The translations under genes and the position numbers were made by a program. Shown here piece after piece: positions 15,855 to 16,545 of a stretch of DNA of 16,545 nt. Numbering within the stretch: the first letter of the stretch is position 1; each line of letters opens with the position of its first letter. The DNA comes from Nitrospinota bacterium (GTDB lineage: Bacteria; Nitrospinota; Nitrospinia; Nitrospinales; VA-1), in assembly GCA_038108555.1 (NCBI GenBank), contig JAYNIA010000048.1, forward strand, positions 1 to 16,545. Reading direction: 5' to 3'. The notes under the pieces were generated by a model. The model searched no databases, was not told where the DNA came from, and saw only the letters and a program-made list of their open reading frames with translations.

Positions 15855-15936
15855 ATAAATTCCCCGTTTACAGATTTATATTTTCGTCAGATTTAATTTA
15901 TTTATTTTACAGGGTAATCTATTTTCTTTTTTATTT

Positions 15937-16545
15937 CTATAAAATGGTGAGGCCTTTGCGGAAATAAATTATCACCAAAAGGATAGCTAAAGACAGTATC
16001 CAAATTACCAAATAGGTTGTCATCGACTGGTTCGCTTTTTGTTTTTCCAGCCAGCTCCTGGGTTTTATTCCTCGAATCAAAAAAACCACCTTAGCCGCCA
16101 GATTTACACACACAATATTCATCGCCAACAATAAAGCGGCACCAATCGCCAATTGGTTTTCCCCCGCTCCCAACATGATTCCCAAAGTGGCTGTGGGAGG
16201 CAATAATGCCACCGCCACCATCACGCCCACCAGAACGCTGGATAGACCCGTTGTCAAAGAAACCACTGCCGCCGCTCCTGAAGCCAGGGCCAAAGCCATT
16301 GAGTCTAACCCCACATCCGTTCTTGCCATGAGTTCAGGACTATCCAGATGCATGGGATGGTACATTCCAAGACCAATGGAAAGAACGAGTGCGAGACCAA
16401 TCCCTGTAATCCCCGTCTTAAAAGCTTTCCACATGAGCTGCATATCGCCCAGGGCCGCACCCAAAGCGAGAGCTATATTGGGCCCCAACAAAGGCGCAAT
16501 CACCATAGCCCCAATCACCACCGCAACATTATTCTCCAACAAACC
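15937..16545 (-). CDS. TIGR00341 / DUF389 family membrane protein, C-terminal part; 5' end lies outside the window
   Basis: NN.AVVIGAMVIAPLLGP, EL.ART, LALASGAA, LVGVMVAVALLPP, LLL..NIV.VNLA motifs. The frame is open to the window edge. Confidence 0.9.
   Translation of the reverse strand, partial: GLLENNVAVVIGAMVIAPLLGPNIALALGAALGDMQLMWKAFKTGITGIGLALVLSIGLGMYHPMHLDSPELMARTDVGLDSMALALASGAAAVVSLTTGLSSVLVGVMVAVALLPPTATLGIMLGAGENQLAIGAALLLAMNIVCVNLAAKVVFLIRGIKPRSWLEKQKANQSMTTYLVIWILSLAILLVIIYFRKGLTIL

Noticed and set aside
1..16545. Mobile elements, prophage, CRISPR arrays, tRNA/rRNA, frameshifted pseudogenes
   Set aside because: No transposase/integrase ORF, spaced repeat array or cloverleaf was seen. 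All recognised genes are full length except the two cut by the window edges.

Overview
Mostly housekeeping bacterial chromosome with no mobile element, CRISPR array, tRNA or rRNA. The left half (minus strand) is the conserved rpsB-tsf-pyrH-frr-uppS-cdsA-dxr cluster. It is preceded by a sigma70-type promoter and an S2/t44-type rpsB leader RNA. Instead of continuing into rseP/bamA, it runs into a stand-alone ispF and then a divergent beta-ketoacyl-ACP synthase that is cut by the window edge and missing from the ORF track. The middle holds an AT-rich GT9 glycosyltransferase and a minus-strand run of an MlaC/Ttg2D-like gene, rimO and a group III phosphofructokinase. The right part has a secreted TatT-like TPR protein, recN, yjbQ, a TPR lipoprotein with its own promoter, a 65-aa four-cysteine protein behind a sigma28-like promoter, a 97-aa membrane protein and a truncated TIGR00341/DUF389 gene. 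Gene order and the short EF-Ts suggest a Nitrospinota/deltaproteobacteria-like Gram-negative organism (inference only). The best candidates for undescribed biology are the head-to-head MlaC-like and TatT-like periplasmic pair, the small Cys4 protein, and the atypical KAS coupled to isoprenoid genes. All three are hypotheses; the sequence alone does not demonstrate a new system.
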